Source of the DNA: Acidimicrobiia bacterium
Lineage (GTDB): Bacteria > Actinomycetota > Acidimicrobiia > Acidimicrobiales > SZUA-35
NCBI GenBank assembly: GCA_003231975.1
Contig: QIKW01000079.1
Span: forward strand, 1-56,620
DNA: 56,620 bases
Reading direction: 5' to 3'
Below, piece by piece: positions 18,878-28,995 of the stretch. Position 1 is the first letter of the stretch. Each line of letters opens with the position of its first letter. The translations under genes were made by a program, and so were the position numbers. The notes under the pieces were generated by a model. The model was not told the DNA's origin, ran no database searches, and worked only from the letters and a program-made list of their open reading frames with translations.

Positions 18878-19744
18878 GTGGTGGCTCGCCCAACGGCGTG
18901 CGGGCAACCCATGGGATGCGGGCACGCGCGCTTGTGCGGTGCGGTGTGTTCGCTTGGCAACGGAGCGCGAAAGGGTTGGGCATTGTCATCTGTAAGAGTG
19001 GTTGACGACCTCACAGTAATAGGTTCGTCTGCTCCACCTCTTCGGTTGGTGCCGTCTCCGGTGGAGACGGCACCCGCTGAAGTTGTGGATCTCAGAGATT
19101 TGGAGGCTGGGTCTTCGGCCCTAACTTCGGCGCAACGGGCAGCAGTCAGGATTTTCGATCTTGCGCTGGTCACTCCGGCGTTGCTTCTGGCGCTTCCCGT
19201 GATGCTCATTGTTGGGCTGGCGGTGTTGGTGTCTTCAAAGGGCGCTGTCATTCACAGTGGGACCCGGGTAACAAGAGACGGCGTCCGGTTCAAGATGTAC
19301 AAGTTTCGCTCGATGCATCAGAATGGCGATCAGATCCTGGCAGCTCACTTTGCTGAGAACCCAGAAGCTCGCCTGCTGTATGAGCGTGACAGAAAGCTTC
19401 GCGATGATCCACGACTAACCGCGGTGGGTCGAGTGATCCGCCGGTGGAGCCTCGACGAACTGCCTCAGCTGTTCAACGTGCTGGTTGGCCACATGAGTGT
19501 GGTTGGGCCAAGGCCCATGCTGCTTGATGAGGTCGATCGATTCGGAGCCGCCTACGCCACCGTGGTGAAGGTGAAGGGTGGCCTAACCGGGCTATGGCAG
19601 GTCAGCGGCCGCAGCTTGATGACATTCGATGACCGGGTTCCTCTCGACGTTCGTTACGTCTCAACCCGATCCATCCGCAGTGATTTTCGTATTGTTCTGC
19701 GCACGGTGTGGCACTTCATTAGAGGTTGCCCCGGCGCTTACTGA
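18878..19744 (+). CDS. Second priming sugar transferase, tandem paralogue
   Basis: YKFRSM; DPRLT.VGR.IRRWSLDELPQLFNV; MSVVGPRP; GLTGLWQVSGR. True start probably near 18983-18998. Confidence 0.9.
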   Translation: MVARPTACGQPMGCGHARLCGAVCSLGNGARKGWALSSVRVVDDLTVIGSSAPPLRLVPSPVETAPAEVVDLRDLEAGSSALTSAQRAAVRIFDLALVTPALLLALPVMLIVGLAVLVSSKGAVIHSGTRVTRDGVRFKMYKFRSMHQNGDQILAAHFAENPEARLLYERDRKLRDDPRLTAVGRVIRRWSLDELPQLFNVLVGHMSVVGPRPMLLDEVDRFGAAYATVVKVKGGLTGLWQVSGRSLMTFDDRVPLDVRYVSTRSIRSDFRIVLRTVWHFIRGCPGAY

Positions 19745-19751
19745 GGTCCCC

Positions 19752-19797
19752 GTATCGGCTGAGGCTGTTTCGTTCCGCCGCGAGCGTCAGCCGATAC
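19752..19797. terminator. Inverted repeat between convergent genes (probable terminator)
   Basis: GTATCGGCTGA (19752-19762) / TCAGCCGATAC (19787-19797). Confidence 0.5.
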
Positions 19798-19815
19798 CGC
19801 GGGTCTTACTGTGGG

Positions 19816-20802
19816 TCAGTTGATACCGCGAGCATTCGCATAGTTGTCAATGAACCAACGGTAGGTACTGCTGATCCCCTCGGCCAGTTCAACGCGGTGC
19901 TTCCAGCCCAAGTCGTTCAGCTTGGAAACATCAAGAACCTTTCGGGGGATCCCGTCTGGCTTCGAGCTGTCAAAGACCAACTGTGCGTCTGGGTGAACTA
20001 TCTCGCCAATCAGCTCGGCCAGGGACCGAATTGAGAGGTCTTCGCCGGTGCCAACGTTGATGTGCTCGTCGTCGCTGTAGTGCTTCATCAGGAAAAGGCA
20101 GGCGTCTGCGAGGTCATCAACGTGCAGGAATTCTCTCATTCCCGAGCCGGTTCCCCAGATGGAGACCTCGGGTCTACCTGCAAGCTTTGCCTCGTGGAAC
20201 TTTCTCATCAGCGCCGGGATCACATGGCTGGCCTCAAGGTCGAAGTTGTCTCCTGGGCCGTAAAGGTTGGTTGGCATTGCCGAGATAAAGTCGGCCCCGT
20301 ACTGGCGGCGGTAGCTGCTGCACAGCTTGATGCCAGCTATCTTGGCCAGCGCGTAGCTTTCATTTGTTGGCTCCAGAGGGCCGGTGAGCAAAGCACTCTC
20401 GGTGATCGGCTGGCTGGCATGGCGGGGATAGATGCAGCTGGAGCCCAGGTAGAGGAGCTTCTTGGTGCCAGCGTTGTTTGCCGCATGGACCACGGTGCCG
20501 TGGATCATCAGGTTGTCGTAAAGAAATTCGGCTGGCCTGGTTGAGTTGGCGTAGACGCCACCCACTGTGCCAGCAACCAGGTAGACATAACTTGGCGAGT
20601 GCTCGGTGAACCAGGCGTCGACAGAAGACTGGTCTCGGAGGTCCAGTTCTTCCCGGGTTGCAGTGAGAACGTTCTGAAACCCGGCCGAAGCCAGAGCCCG
20701 CATGATCGCCGAGCCAACAAGGCCTCGGTGGCCGGCGACGAACACGGTTTCGTCTCGGGCGATGTCTGCTGTTTTGCTCATAAGGGCCGTTTCTGGGTTC
20801 AT
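19816..20802 (-). CDS. fcl: GDP-L-fucose synthase
   Basis: VAGHRGLVGSA; LGSSCIYP; LEPTNE.YALAKIAG; MPTNLYGP.DNF; SHVIPAL; WGTG...REFLHVDD. Confidence 0.95.
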   Translation of the reverse strand: MNPETALMSKTADIARDETVFVAGHRGLVGSAIMRALASAGFQNVLTATREELDLRDQSSVDAWFTEHSPSYVYLVAGTVGGVYANSTRPAEFLYDNLMIHGTVVHAANNAGTKKLLYLGSSCIYPRHASQPITESALLTGPLEPTNESYALAKIAGIKLCSSYRRQYGADFISAMPTNLYGPGDNFDLEASHVIPALMRKFHEAKLAGRPEVSIWGTGSGMREFLHVDDLADACLFLMKHYSDDEHINVGTGEDLSIRSLAELIGEIVHPDAQLVFDSSKPDGIPRKVLDVSKLNDLGWKHRVELAEGISSTYRWFIDNYANARGIN

Positions 20803-20964
20803 CAGAGGTGCTCCTTTGTCGCGATCAGGTTAGCTGCTGCTCGGCTAACCTTCGGATCGTCTGCCAAACCTGGCTAGCCTTCTCAGTCCGCGGCGGCGCC
20901 GGCCGATGGCTTGACGAACGCCCGAGCCCGGGGCCCATCCTCGATCCCCAGAAAGAGCTGATTG

Positions 20965-22005
20965 ATGCAGGCCAAGAGCCAATACGGCGGCAAACGAGTG
21001 CTTATCACAGGCGGGACTGGATCCTTTGGCAAGAAGATGACTCGACGCCTGCTGGATCAGGGCTGCGGCCAGATCCGGATCCTCAGCAGAGACGAAGCCA
21101 AACAGCACGAAATGCGAATCGAGTTTGAGGACTCCAGGCTGGAATTTCACGTTGGCGACGTTAGAGATCGGCGCAGCGTTGACTACGCAATTGGCGGAGT
21201 AGACCTAGTTTTTCACGCCGCGGCTCTGAAGCAAGTTCCATCGTGTGAGTTCTTCCCGATACAAGCAGTCCTCACGAATGTCCTGGGCAGTGCCAACGTA
21301 ATTGAGTCAGCCCAAGGTGAAGGGGTGCAAACCGTAGTCTGTCTCAGTACCGACAAAGCGGTTATGCCAATCAACGCCATGGGGATGTCGAAGGCCTTGA
21401 TGGAAAAGGTTGCCCAGTCCTCAGCCAGACGGAGCCTCGACGGCACCACCGTGTGTTCTGTTCGGTACGGCAACGTGATGTACTCCAGAGGTTCGGTGAT
21501 TCCCCTTTTTGTCCAGCAGTTGCTCGACGGGAAACCGCTAACCGTGACAGATCCCGCGATGACCCGATTTCTGCTGCCGCTGGAAGTTGCTGTGGAGCTT
21601 GTCGAGTACGCGTTCGTAAACGCCCAGCCCGGCGACACATTTGTGCGAAAAGCTCCTGCGGCAACCATGGGCGTTCTGGCCGAGGCGATGCGGCAACTGT
21701 TCGACGTCGACGTGCCAATCGAGGAAATCGGTGTCCGCCACGGCGAAAAGCTGTTCGAAACCCTGGCAACCAGGGAAGAACTGCGTCACGGCCAGGACAT
21801 GGGCGACTATTGGCGCTTGCAAATGGATCAGAGGGGCCTCGACTACGCCAGCTACTTCAGTGAGGGCGAGCAGGTTGGGCTTGAGACAGAGAACGACTAC
21901 CACAGCCACAACACCGAACGGCTTGACATTGACGGCACTATTGCTCTGCTTCGCCAACTTCCTGAGATCCAGGCGGTTCTGTCCACCGCGGGTCTGCCGC
22001 AATGA
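20965..22005 (+). CDS. fnlA: UDP-GlcNAc 4,6-dehydratase/epimerase (FnlA/CapE/WbjB)
   Basis: TGGTGSFG; SRDE.KQ; HAAALKQVPSCEFFP; LSTDKA; RYGNV..SRGSVIP; GVRHGEK; DYHSHNT. Confidence 0.9.
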   Translation: MQAKSQYGGKRVLITGGTGSFGKKMTRRLLDQGCGQIRILSRDEAKQHEMRIEFEDSRLEFHVGDVRDRRSVDYAIGGVDLVFHAAALKQVPSCEFFPIQAVLTNVLGSANVIESAQGEGVQTVVCLSTDKAVMPINAMGMSKALMEKVAQSSARRSLDGTTVCSVRYGNVMYSRGSVIPLFVQQLLDGKPLTVTDPAMTRFLLPLEVAVELVEYAFVNAQPGDTFVRKAPAATMGVLAEAMRQLFDVDVPIEEIGVRHGEKLFETLATREELRHGQDMGDYWRLQMDQRGLDYASYFSEGEQVGLETENDYHSHNTERLDIDGTIALLRQLPEIQAVLSTAGLPQ

Positions 22006-23144
22006 TCGTTGGTGTCACCGGCGCCAATGGTTTCCTGGGCTGGCACCTCCGCTGCCGGCTCCTCATCGGTGGGGTCCAAACCATAAGTGCCACCCGTCAG
22101 ACCTTCGCCAGCCCCGAGATGCTCGATCAGTTCGTCCGCTCGGCTGATGTGATCGTTCACGCAGCCGGGGTCAACCGGGCGAACAGCGAGGCCGAGGTCG
22201 TTGACGGCAACAAGAACCTGGCGGCAGATCTTGTGGCCGCCATGAAGCGAACCGAGTCTGTAGTTCCGGTCATTTATACCAACTCCGTCAAGTCCGAGGA
22301 GGGCGGCGTCTACGGTCAAGCCAAGCAGGCTGCGTCCGATCTCCTCCGACAGTTCCTGACCGCGGCGCAAACCCCGTTTGCCGACCTTGTGTTGCCTCAT
22401 TTGATCGGAGAGTTCGGTCAGCCGTTTTACAACTCGGCCGTTACGACCTTCGCTCATCAACTCGCCATTGGCCAGTCGCCTTCGGTCAACGGCAGCGCAG
22501 AACTGGAGCTACTGCACGCCCAAGACGTCTCGGGCGAAATACTTGATCTGGTGAACGGCTTCGCCAGCGTGCGCCGACGCATTCCGGGCCGGAAAATCCT
22601 GGTTGGCGAAGCCTGGGATCTCCTCGAGCATCAGCACCGCCGTTATGTCACGGAACAGACCATCCCGGCGTTCGCCTCAAGATTCGAACAGCTGATGTTC
22701 AACGTGCTTCGCTCCCAGCTCTATGTTGGCGGTCACTACCCGCGAAAAATCACCCGCCACGAAGACGCTCGTGGCGCATTCTCCGAGCTTTGCCGGGCCG
22801 ACGGGCTTGGCCAAACCTCAATCTCAACCTCGGCGCCGGGTGTAACCAGGGGAGACCATTTCCATCTTGAAAAGATCGAGCGTTTCGTGGTCGTCGGGGG
22901 CTCGGCCCGGATCCGACTGCGGAGGCTGCTGACAGACGAAGTGCAGTCGTTCGACGTCAACGCCAACTCGCCGGCTCTGATCGACATGCCGCCGCTGGTA
23001 ACCCACAACATCACAAACATCGGTGATGGAACCCTTACCACCATGTTCTGGGCCGGCGACCACTTTGACCCCGCCGTTCCAGACACCTACCCCGAGGCGG
23101 TAAGCCCAACCGCTGAGCCTGCACAAAGCGGGGCCAGCCGATGA
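22002..23144 (+). CDS. fnlB: FnlB/CapF/WbjC: SDR plus C-terminal cupin (UDP-L-FucNAc pathway)
   Basis: TGANGFLG; H.AGVNR; P.YNS.V.TF; cupin D.RG.F.E, RG.HFH..K.ERF; ATGA overlap with fnlA. Confidence 0.88.
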   Translation: MIVGVTGANGFLGWHLRCRLLIGGVQTISATRQTFASPEMLDQFVRSADVIVHAAGVNRANSEAEVVDGNKNLAADLVAAMKRTESVVPVIYTNSVKSEEGGVYGQAKQAASDLLRQFLTAAQTPFADLVLPHLIGEFGQPFYNSAVTTFAHQLAIGQSPSVNGSAELELLHAQDVSGEILDLVNGFASVRRRIPGRKILVGEAWDLLEHQHRRYVTEQTIPAFASRFEQLMFNVLRSQLYVGGHYPRKITRHEDARGAFSELCRADGLGQTSISTSAPGVTRGDHFHLEKIERFVVVGGSARIRLRRLLTDEVQSFDVNANSPALIDMPPLVTHNITNIGDGTLTTMFWAGDHFDPAVPDTYPEAVSPTAEPAQSGASR

Positions 23145-24253
23145 AAGTAATGACCATCCTGGGAACCAGGCCCGAAATCATTCGCCTCAGCAGGGTGATG
23201 GCGAAGTTGGATCAGGCGCCAAGTGTGAAACACGTGATTGTTCACACCGGCCAGAACTACGACTACGAGCTCAACGAGGTGTTCTTCGCCGAGCTTGGGC
23301 TGCGCCAACCCGACCACTTCTTGAAAGTCGACACCACTTCGCTAGGCACTGTCTACGGAGAAACGCTGATCAAGTCTGAAGCCGTGCTACTTAGCGAGCA
23401 ACCAGACGTGGTTCTGATTCTGGGAGACACCAACTCCTCGATTGCCTCGATCATCGCCAAGCGGATGCACATTCCTGTAGTGCACATGGAAGCCGGAAAC
23501 CGTTCGTTTGACTGGCGCGTGCCAGAGGAAGTGAACCGCCACATCGTCGACGCCATTGCCGATATAAACCTGGTGTACACCGAGCACGCAAGAAGGAACC
23601 TGCTGGCCGAGGGGCTAGCCGCAAACACCATTTATTTGACGGGGTCGCCAATGGCTGAGGTGATCAGCCACAACCGAGATGCCATAGACGCCAGCGAGGT
23701 GCTGGTGCGCGAAGGCGTTGAGCCTGGCGGGTACTTTGTTGTTTCGCTTCACCGTGAAGAGAACGTTGACAACGTCACAACGCTGGCCAACCTGATGCAG
23801 GCGCTTGAGGAACTTGGGCGACGCCACCAACTGCCCGTTCTGGTCTCGCTCCATCCCCGCACAAAGAAGAGGCTAAGCCAGTTCGGCCTCGAGGTGGATC
23901 CTGGGATCGTGCGCTTCCACCCCCCTTACGGCTTCTGTGACTACGTGAAGCTCGAGCTTGATGCTCGTTGCGTCATCTCAGATAGCGGCACGCTCTCTGA
24001 GGAGAGCTCGCTTCTGGGGTTCCCCGCGGTGCATCCGAGACGCAGCATGGAAAGACCCGAAGGCCTGGATGCCGCCAGCTTGGTGCTCAGTGGAACCCAG
24101 CCGAAGGCCATCATTGCCGCCGCGGAACACGTGATGTCACGAGATCGCTCGGATTTCACTGTTCCCTCTGATTACGCCGTTCTTGACTGCTCTGATCGGG
24201 TGTTGGGCATCTTGTTGTCTAGGCCGTTGCTGCAGGTTAACGAGGGTCCTTGA
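23141..24253 (+). CDS. fnlC: UDP-sugar 2-epimerase (FnlC/CapG/WbjD)
   Basis: LGTRPEIIRLS; HTGQNYDYELN; LGDTNS; HMEAGNR; HREENVD; SDSGT..EE; follows fnlAB. Confidence 0.88.
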   Translation: MKVMTILGTRPEIIRLSRVMAKLDQAPSVKHVIVHTGQNYDYELNEVFFAELGLRQPDHFLKVDTTSLGTVYGETLIKSEAVLLSEQPDVVLILGDTNSSIASIIAKRMHIPVVHMEAGNRSFDWRVPEEVNRHIVDAIADINLVYTEHARRNLLAEGLAANTIYLTGSPMAEVISHNRDAIDASEVLVREGVEPGGYFVVSLHREENVDNVTTLANLMQALEELGRRHQLPVLVSLHPRTKKRLSQFGLEVDPGIVRFHPPYGFCDYVKLELDARCVISDSGTLSEESSLLGFPAVHPRRSMERPEGLDAASLVLSGTQPKAIIAAAEHVMSRDRSDFTVPSDYAVLDCSDRVLGILLSRPLLQVNEGP

Positions 24254-25497
24254 CTGCCAGGCGGGTGGTTGTGGTCTCAGAAGTCTTCCATCCCGAAGAC
24301 AGCGCAACCGGGCACGTGATGACCGCCATCGCCGAAGGACTGGCGGAGACCTATCCGGTAACAGCCATCTGCGCCCAGCCCTCGTACTCCAACCGGGGGA
24401 GGGTTGCCCCTCGCAAAGAGCGGTACAACGGCATCGACATAATTCGGGTTCGCTCAACCACCTTCAACCCTCATTCTGCTTTCCTTCTGAAGCTACTGAA
24501 TGTCCTCAGCGTCGGCCTGTCTTCGTTCTGGGCGGCCATGCGAAACCTTGGCCCCAACGATCACGTCTTCACAGTTACGAACCCTCCTGTGGCGCCCTAC
24601 CTGATCCTGCTGGCAGCCCGCTTGCGGGGCGCCCATTGCTCGGTGATCGTGCACGACCTGTATCCCGAGGCTTTGGCTCCGGCCGGGATGATTCGAGCTA
24701 CCTCTCTTTCCTATCGGGTCATGGCGTGGTTTGCCAGACAGCTCTTTCGCCGCGCCGATGATGTGATCGTTGTTGGCCGAGATCAGGCTCAGCTAGTGCG
24801 TTCCAAACTGCAAGCTGGTGACGCGCCGAAAGTTCGAGTGATCCGTCAGTCAGCAGACTTGGAATCGATCACAAACAGATCCAAATCTGGGAACGCTCAC
24901 CTCCGAGCTTTGAATCTCGATGACCCCAACATGGTGATCGTGCAGTTCGCAGGCAACATCGGGCCGCTTCAGAACATTGACCGGTTGATTGAGATGATCT
25001 CGAAGTCGGCCCACATTCCCAAAGTGCATTTCCTGTTCTTCGGCTCTGGGCGCAGCCGCGAGAAGCTGGAGCGAGAAGTAGCAGACCGCGGCTTGACGAA
25101 CGTGACCGTGGCCGACCCTGTGCCGAGGAGCGAGGCAGACGAAATGCACGCCGCCTCCGACGTTGCCTTGATCTCACTCACCCCGGGGATGCTGGGGGTG
25201 TCCGTGCCAAGCCGAATCGGAAACGCGCTGGCTTCAGGCAGGCCGATAATGGGAGTTGTGGAACAGGGTTCAGAGCTTCAACAACTGATTGCGGAAACGG
25301 GTTGCGGGTGGTGGATTGACCCGACCGACGTTGCCGCCTTTGTGAAGACCATCGACACGATCGCGCTTGATCCCGAGATGGTTGTGACCCGTCAAGAACT
25401 GGCCAGCAACGTGGCCGAGCGCCTGTTCGGGTTGGACACCATGATCGAGGAGTACTTGGAAGTTGTTAGGGATAACGACCCAGCTTTGGTGTCGTGA
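24250..25497 (+). CDS. GT4 glycosyltransferase (WbuB-like, probable L-FucNAc transferase)
   Basis: SEVFHPE...TG; TNPP; HDLYPE; AGNIG..Q; SVPSR....LASGRP; follows fnlABC. Confidence 0.85.
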   Translation: MTARRVVVVSEVFHPEDSATGHVMTAIAEGLAETYPVTAICAQPSYSNRGRVAPRKERYNGIDIIRVRSTTFNPHSAFLLKLLNVLSVGLSSFWAAMRNLGPNDHVFTVTNPPVAPYLILLAARLRGAHCSVIVHDLYPEALAPAGMIRATSLSYRVMAWFARQLFRRADDVIVVGRDQAQLVRSKLQAGDAPKVRVIRQSADLESITNRSKSGNAHLRALNLDDPNMVIVQFAGNIGPLQNIDRLIEMISKSAHIPKVHFLFFGSGRSREKLEREVADRGLTNVTVADPVPRSEADEMHAASDVALISLTPGMLGVSVPSRIGNALASGRPIMGVVEQGSELQQLIAETGCGWWIDPTDVAAFVKTIDTIALDPEMVVTRQELASNVAERLFGLDTMIEEYLEVVRDNDPALVS

Positions 25498-25542
25498 TGC
25501 CCGGCTGACCAAAAGCTGAATAGCGCGGCCCCTGGTCTGGTT

Positions 25543-26091
25543 TCACTGGCTTCGGCGAATCCGGTCTATCCGGTGCAGGATGTGAGGCATGAAGTGGCGC
25601 CCATATCGCGTCTGCAGCTCTGGCAGTCGCCAGTCTTCGTTTGTTACCGTTCCCCGACACAACGCGGTGCCGCACCGGCATTGCTCAATCCGATACGGCG
25701 CGGTGCGAGCCATCGCGTAGTCGTGACATAGCTCTTCGTTCACCGCGATGTTGCGCAAAGCCACGTAGCTGACCTGGCCGTCGAAGCCAACGTTCGCATC
25801 ACACGAGTGATTGATCATCACTGCCATCTGCTCGACTTCGGCCGCGGTGCGCGGCGTCAAGAACGTGTCTTCGTGGATTTGAAGCCCGAAGTCTCCGATC
25901 TCTTCGGTGAGCCTCTCCATCTCGGAAGTGTTCACCACATGCCCAACTTTGGTGGCAACCAGCTCTCCGGCCGCGATTGGCTCGATCGCAAAGATTCCGC
26001 GCCCGGAAAGAGATCGACTGCGAACCTCAAGCTTGGCCGAGCGCCAGACCCGAACGCCGCTCGACGAGGAGTGCTCATTTGAGGTGTTCAC
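25543..26091 (-). CDS. SET-domain protein-lysine methyltransferase with post-SET Cys cluster
   Basis: GRGIFA; INHSCDAN; EELCHDY; CRCG..LCRG. Confidence 0.9.
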   Translation of the reverse strand: MNTSNEHSSSSGVRVWRSAKLEVRSRSLSGRGIFAIEPIAAGELVATKVGHVVNTSEMERLTEEIGDFGLQIHEDTFLTPRTAAEVEQMAVMINHSCDANVGFDGQVSYVALRNIAVNEELCHDYAMARTAPYRIEQCRCGTALCRGTVTNEDWRLPELQTRYGRHFMPHILHRIDRIRRSQ

Positions 26092-26111
26092 AGCTGGCGC
26101 CCTCCACCGCT

Positions 26112-26729
26112 CTAGCCAATTTGCATCAGTAGCGTTGCGGACTCAATCGAAACTGCGGTGAGCGTGTCCCACGATTCGTTCCCGGGAGCGTTCTCCTCCA
26201 GACCCGAGGCCTGAGGCAGGACGTACAGTCGAAACTGGAGGTCTCGGCTGCCGCTTTGGAAGGTTTCGAGGCACGGGTTGCCGTAGCCAGGTTGGCCGTA
26301 GTCGTTCAGCGTTTCGACGGCCCCGTCGTTGGGGAAGGTTCCACTGTTGATGTTGGTAACCCCTGGGTCTATGCCTGCCATCAGCCAAAGCAGCAACGGT
26401 TCTTTGGGGTCGGTCTGATCGCTGAGAGTGATGGCTAGTTCGCCCGCTCCCAGGGAGGCGTCAATATCTGTCCACGCTAGGTTCGGGAACCTGTTAGCCC
26501 CGTCACACCTGGCGATTGCAGGCACCCTTCCGCCGGGCTCAAAGTCTGGGCTGAACAGGGTGAGGCCGCTTTCTCCTTCTTGTTGGGGCGGGGCCGACGT
26601 TGGCGGCGGGGGCCGGGTTGTTGTTGTTTGCCAGTCCTGAGGGTCGGCCAGGGCCCTCCCGTCGCTGGCACACGCCGACGATGCAATCGCGAGGCTGAAC
26701 AGGATTGTGAGGAGCCGGGCCGAACGCAC
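26112..26729 (-). CDS. YbhB/YbcL (PEBP/RKIP-like) lipoprotein, divergent
   Basis: Lipobox SSAC; SPDF..G..P....CDG.N..P.L.W; NDYG.PGY..PC; FRLY.L. Confidence 0.75.
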   Translation of the reverse strand: MRSARLLTILFSLAIASSACASDGRALADPQDWQTTTTRPPPPTSAPPQQEGESGLTLFSPDFEPGGRVPAIARCDGANRFPNLAWTDIDASLGAGELAITLSDQTDPKEPLLLWLMAGIDPGVTNINSGTFPNDGAVETLNDYGQPGYGNPCLETFQSGSRDLQFRLYVLPQASGLEENAPGNESWDTLTAVSIESATLLMQIG

Positions 26730-26749
26730 CAGTGAAGGTTACTGCCTGG

Positions 26750-27931
26750 TCAAGCTGTGTCAGTGGCAACCAGGTCTCTGCTGATGGCAGAGTCGGGCTT
26801 GGAAGCCTGTCGCCTGGCGGCTGAGGCTGGCCCGGCCGTGAAGGCAGCGGCAAGGATCAATAAGACGAGCGAAGGCTCTCTCACCAGGTGCTCGGTAATC
26901 CCGATCAAGAACAGTGCAAGTACCATTGCGTCACGATCAGATTGAGGTTGTCGCCTGCTTGACAACCCGTACGCCCCAAAAGCAGCAACGAACAGCACTG
27001 CCGGCACCCAGCCGCCGTGCACCGCCATCTGAACCGCGGCGTTATGGCCGTGAGTAGGGCCCCAACTGACCCGGCTGTCTCCTGAGCCCGCGGTTAGGAG
27101 ATCCTGAGTGCTCTCGGGTCCGAACCCGGTAAACGGGCGTAGGGCAATCTCTTCAGCCAGGAAGCTCCACGCGTCGGTGCGACCGGTGAGGGTTGTTATG
27201 TCATCAAGCTGGCCTAACTCGGCGGCCCTCTGCCCGAGGCTTTCTGTCGACAAGAGAACGACCCCGGATATTACGCCAAGTGCCATCAGAGCTGACGGGA
27301 AGCCACGACCGAGAAGTGGTCGGAGGGCCAGCGCAACTCCGAACAAGGCAGCAATGGCAGGCATTCGAGCTTCAGTTAGAACCAGGATCACAGCACCCAA
27401 GGGAAGAATCGGCAGCATCCACCAGCGGCGCTGCACCAGAGCGCTAGCGCCCGCGATCACTCCAAGGGCCGCGATTGTGCCGAGCCCGTTCGGCTCCTCG
27501 GCCCAGCCGTGCCAGCGGAAGCCGGACTTGTTCAACTCCATCGCTGCGGCTGCCAACAAGAGCAGCATCAGAACCCGTTCCAGCACGCGACCAAACCAGG
27601 ACCAGCCCAACTCTGAGCCAACAGCTGCGCCAATGGACACGGTGGCAAGTAGGGCGGCGGCCACCAGCGTGCCTCGGATCGGATTGGTGCCGAGCGGGCT
27701 GACGAACAAGATCCAAACGAACGATGAGGCCAGCAACCAGCCCGCCGGTCGTTGCACCGCCCTTGGGCGTTGCCTGCCCCAAATCGTCAGGCAAAGCCCA
27801 GCGGCAACCACTATCAGGAAAAGCAGGACCCTCGTAGGGCTCCTGAGCCCTACGCCGAGCCGGGGCAAGTCAACTGCCAACACGATGCCAAGCACCGCAA
27901 CCGCGGGCCAAGCTCGTGGGTGCAAGATCAC
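26750..27931 (-). CDS. O-antigen ligase/polymerase (Wzy_C) family membrane protein
   Basis: Multi-TM; G....PN.LG; TLTGRT.AW; RPFTGFG; HGHNA. Confidence 0.85.
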   Translation of the reverse strand: MILHPRAWPAVAVLGIVLAVDLPRLGVGLRSPTRVLLFLIVVAAGLCLTIWGRQRPRAVQRPAGWLLASSFVWILFVSPLGTNPIRGTLVAAALLATVSIGAAVGSELGWSWFGRVLERVLMLLLLAAAAMELNKSGFRWHGWAEEPNGLGTIAALGVIAGASALVQRRWWMLPILPLGAVILVLTEARMPAIAALFGVALALRPLLGRGFPSALMALGVISGVVLLSTESLGQRAAELGQLDDITTLTGRTDAWSFLAEEIALRPFTGFGPESTQDLLTAGSGDSRVSWGPTHGHNAAVQMAVHGGWVPAVLFVAAFGAYGLSSRRQPQSDRDAMVLALFLIGITEHLVREPSLVLLILAAAFTAGPASAARRQASKPDSAISRDLVATDTA

Positions 27932-28908
27932 TCCTGAGGCTGCCGGCGGCGTTCGCCGACGAGCACCACAGCAGGCGTTTGCGCCCCCAACCGGTCAAGA
28001 CGGCGAAGCACGCGGTCGAGGTCGCGTCTTCGAGTCGTCGACTTCGGCGTAGCTACTACCACTGACACCGAGTCCACAACCGCCCTGGCCGCTTCCGGCT
28101 GGTCCACAGCCCCGCCATCCACCACATCGACAAGAAGCTCGGACGACAGAGCCTTGGCCACATCTGTTGCCAGATGAGGCGACTGAGTTGATACAACCGC
28201 AATTGGCCCGGCGAGGCCCCGTAGTGCCGCGGCCAGTCTTTGATCTCGGCCCTCCAGCGGCAGGAGATCTTTTTTCGGGCCGCTTGGGTCGACCCAACGC
28301 CCCACTCTGCCTGCGAACTCAAAGTGATTGGTTGAGCGCAGCCTGCCGAAGAATCTGTCTAAGGAAGGCACAAGGGCCAGCCCGGTGAGCAAGCCGACAA
28401 CACCGCCGGCGATAGCGCTTTTTCCTGCGTCCTCGTCTAAGGCGTCTGCGCGGTTGAGGAACGCAACGGGAGCCTCTGCCGGGGCCGCGGCCAGCATTGC
28501 TTCGGCCACACCATTGGCGAAACCTGCGGCCTCTTCGCTGGTTGAGGCGGTGGCTGTGATTGTGAGGGTGGACCGGGCCCCGCCGTTTCGTCGGTTCAGT
28601 TCGATCCGTGCCACGCCCTCAGGTACCCCGAGACGACCGGCAACCTCGGCCTCCAAGGCGCCGCCGTCTAGGGTGCCGCCGAGCGTGGCCAGCCAGGCAT
28701 CTTGAAGCGGCCATTCTGCCTCTGGGGTGAGCCCCAGGATTGCGTCGGCTGTGGCGGTTGACGGCAGCCTGGAAGCCCCGGCGGGTGCCAGCAGTAGCCC
28801 GAGTGCCACCACGGCGGCCACCATTGGGCTCCACCTGGCAACCGCTGTGAACGACTCGCGCCAGCCACTGTCAAGTTGTGCCACGCTGGCGTGCTCTCCC
28901 TCTACCAC
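27928..28908 (-). CDS. Wzz/CapA-like chain-length regulator with degenerate tyrosine-kinase-like tail
   Basis: Two TM segments flanking an extracellular domain (A...ANGVAEA); C-terminal TTRRRDL...L..L.....PAVVL resembles a CpsD tail but lacks Walker A; overlaps the wzy-like gene. Confidence 0.6.
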   Translation of the reverse strand: MVEGEHASVAQLDSGWRESFTAVARWSPMVAAVVALGLLLAPAGASRLPSTATADAILGLTPEAEWPLQDAWLATLGGTLDGGALEAEVAGRLGVPEGVARIELNRRNGGARSTLTITATASTSEEAAGFANGVAEAMLAAAPAEAPVAFLNRADALDEDAGKSAIAGGVVGLLTGLALVPSLDRFFGRLRSTNHFEFAGRVGRWVDPSGPKKDLLPLEGRDQRLAAALRGLAGPIAVVSTQSPHLATDVAKALSSELLVDVVDGGAVDQPEAARAVVDSVSVVVATPKSTTRRRDLDRVLRRLDRLGAQTPAVVLVGERRRQPQE

Positions 28909-28995
28909 CGGCTAAACGTACGTGATTACAGCGGTGGTAGCGACCCTGCGGGTAGATCCGCCCTAACAGAAGCCTCCGAGCGTCACTTCACTACG

